Of a stretch of 52,758 nucleotides of DNA, positions 52,704-52,758 are shown in pieces. This DNA is from an uncultured Gammaproteobacteria bacterium (GTDB lineage Bacteria > Patescibacteriota > Microgenomatia > Levybacterales > UBA12049), in contig CAZZCX010000005.1 of NCBI GenBank assembly GCA_964653195.1, positions 17,829-70,586 on the forward strand. The letters run 5' to 3'. Position numbers and translations under genes: made by a program. Position 1 is the first letter of the stretch. Each line of letters starts with the position of its first letter. The notes below the pieces were generated by a model, which saw only the letters and a list, made by a program, of their open reading frames with translations, ran no database searches and was not told the DNA's origin.

Positions 52704-52758
52704 TACTAAATACTAAATACTAAATACTAAATACTAAATACTAAATACTAAATACTAA
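52704..52758. repeat. Heptamer microsatellite (TACTAAA), at least 7.8 copies, running off the window edge
   Basis: Perfect tandem copies start at 52704, 57 nt after the htrA stop. Confidence 0.95.

Noticed and set aside
1-52758. Alternative genetic code (UGA recoding, as in some CPR lineages)
   Set aside because: Conserved genes read full length under the standard code, and some end at TGA with sensible termini, for example copZ at 33377 and ychF at 43358. No gene appears split at in-frame TGA codons.

Overview
This is a low-GC (about 35% by eye) bacterial contig that uses the standard genetic code and carries short, tightly packed genes. The gene content points to a CPR/Patescibacteria (Microgenomates-like) genome, but that is inference only. 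Supporting content: an rpsF-ssb-rpsR operon, ychF, HtrA and S41 proteases, GT-C/DUF2723-type glycosylation genes, a 1,700-aa thioester-less alpha-2-macroglobulin, many orphan proteins and abundant palindromic repeats.

Layout:
- 1-6.5 kb: glycosylation cluster.
- 6.5-7.7 kb: DsbB/DsbA pair.
- 7.8-16.7 kb: assorted housekeeping and envelope genes, a two-component system, a GIY-YIG gene bracketed by repeats, and msrB.
- 16.7-20.6 kb: almost gene-free island of GC-rich hairpins and dispersed repeats. It holds one about 60%-GC CDS and one 38-aa hydrophobic peptide ORF.
- 20.6-24.3 kb: second thiol-disulfide module, interrupted by a REP-associated tyrosine transposase (RAYT).
- 29.2-33.4 kb: csoR-copA-copZ copper operon with two cupredoxin-like modules.
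- 34-43 kb: ABC-F, Memo-like, alpha-2-macroglobulin and ychF.
- 43.6-48.7 kb: seven-gene locus of orphan proteins, including a P-loop-less STAND-like wHTH regulator, a 554-aa orphan and two paralogous small proteins. This is my best candidate for an undescribed system.
- 48.8-52.6 kb: rpsF-ssb-rpsR, ctp and htrA.

I found at least five families of dispersed palindromic or structured repeats (called A, B, C, P and Q here), three heptamer microsatellites, and several consensus promoters placed so that the mRNAs would be leaderless. No tRNA, rRNA or CRISPR was recognised. All family assignments come from motifs read by eye and were not searched against any database.
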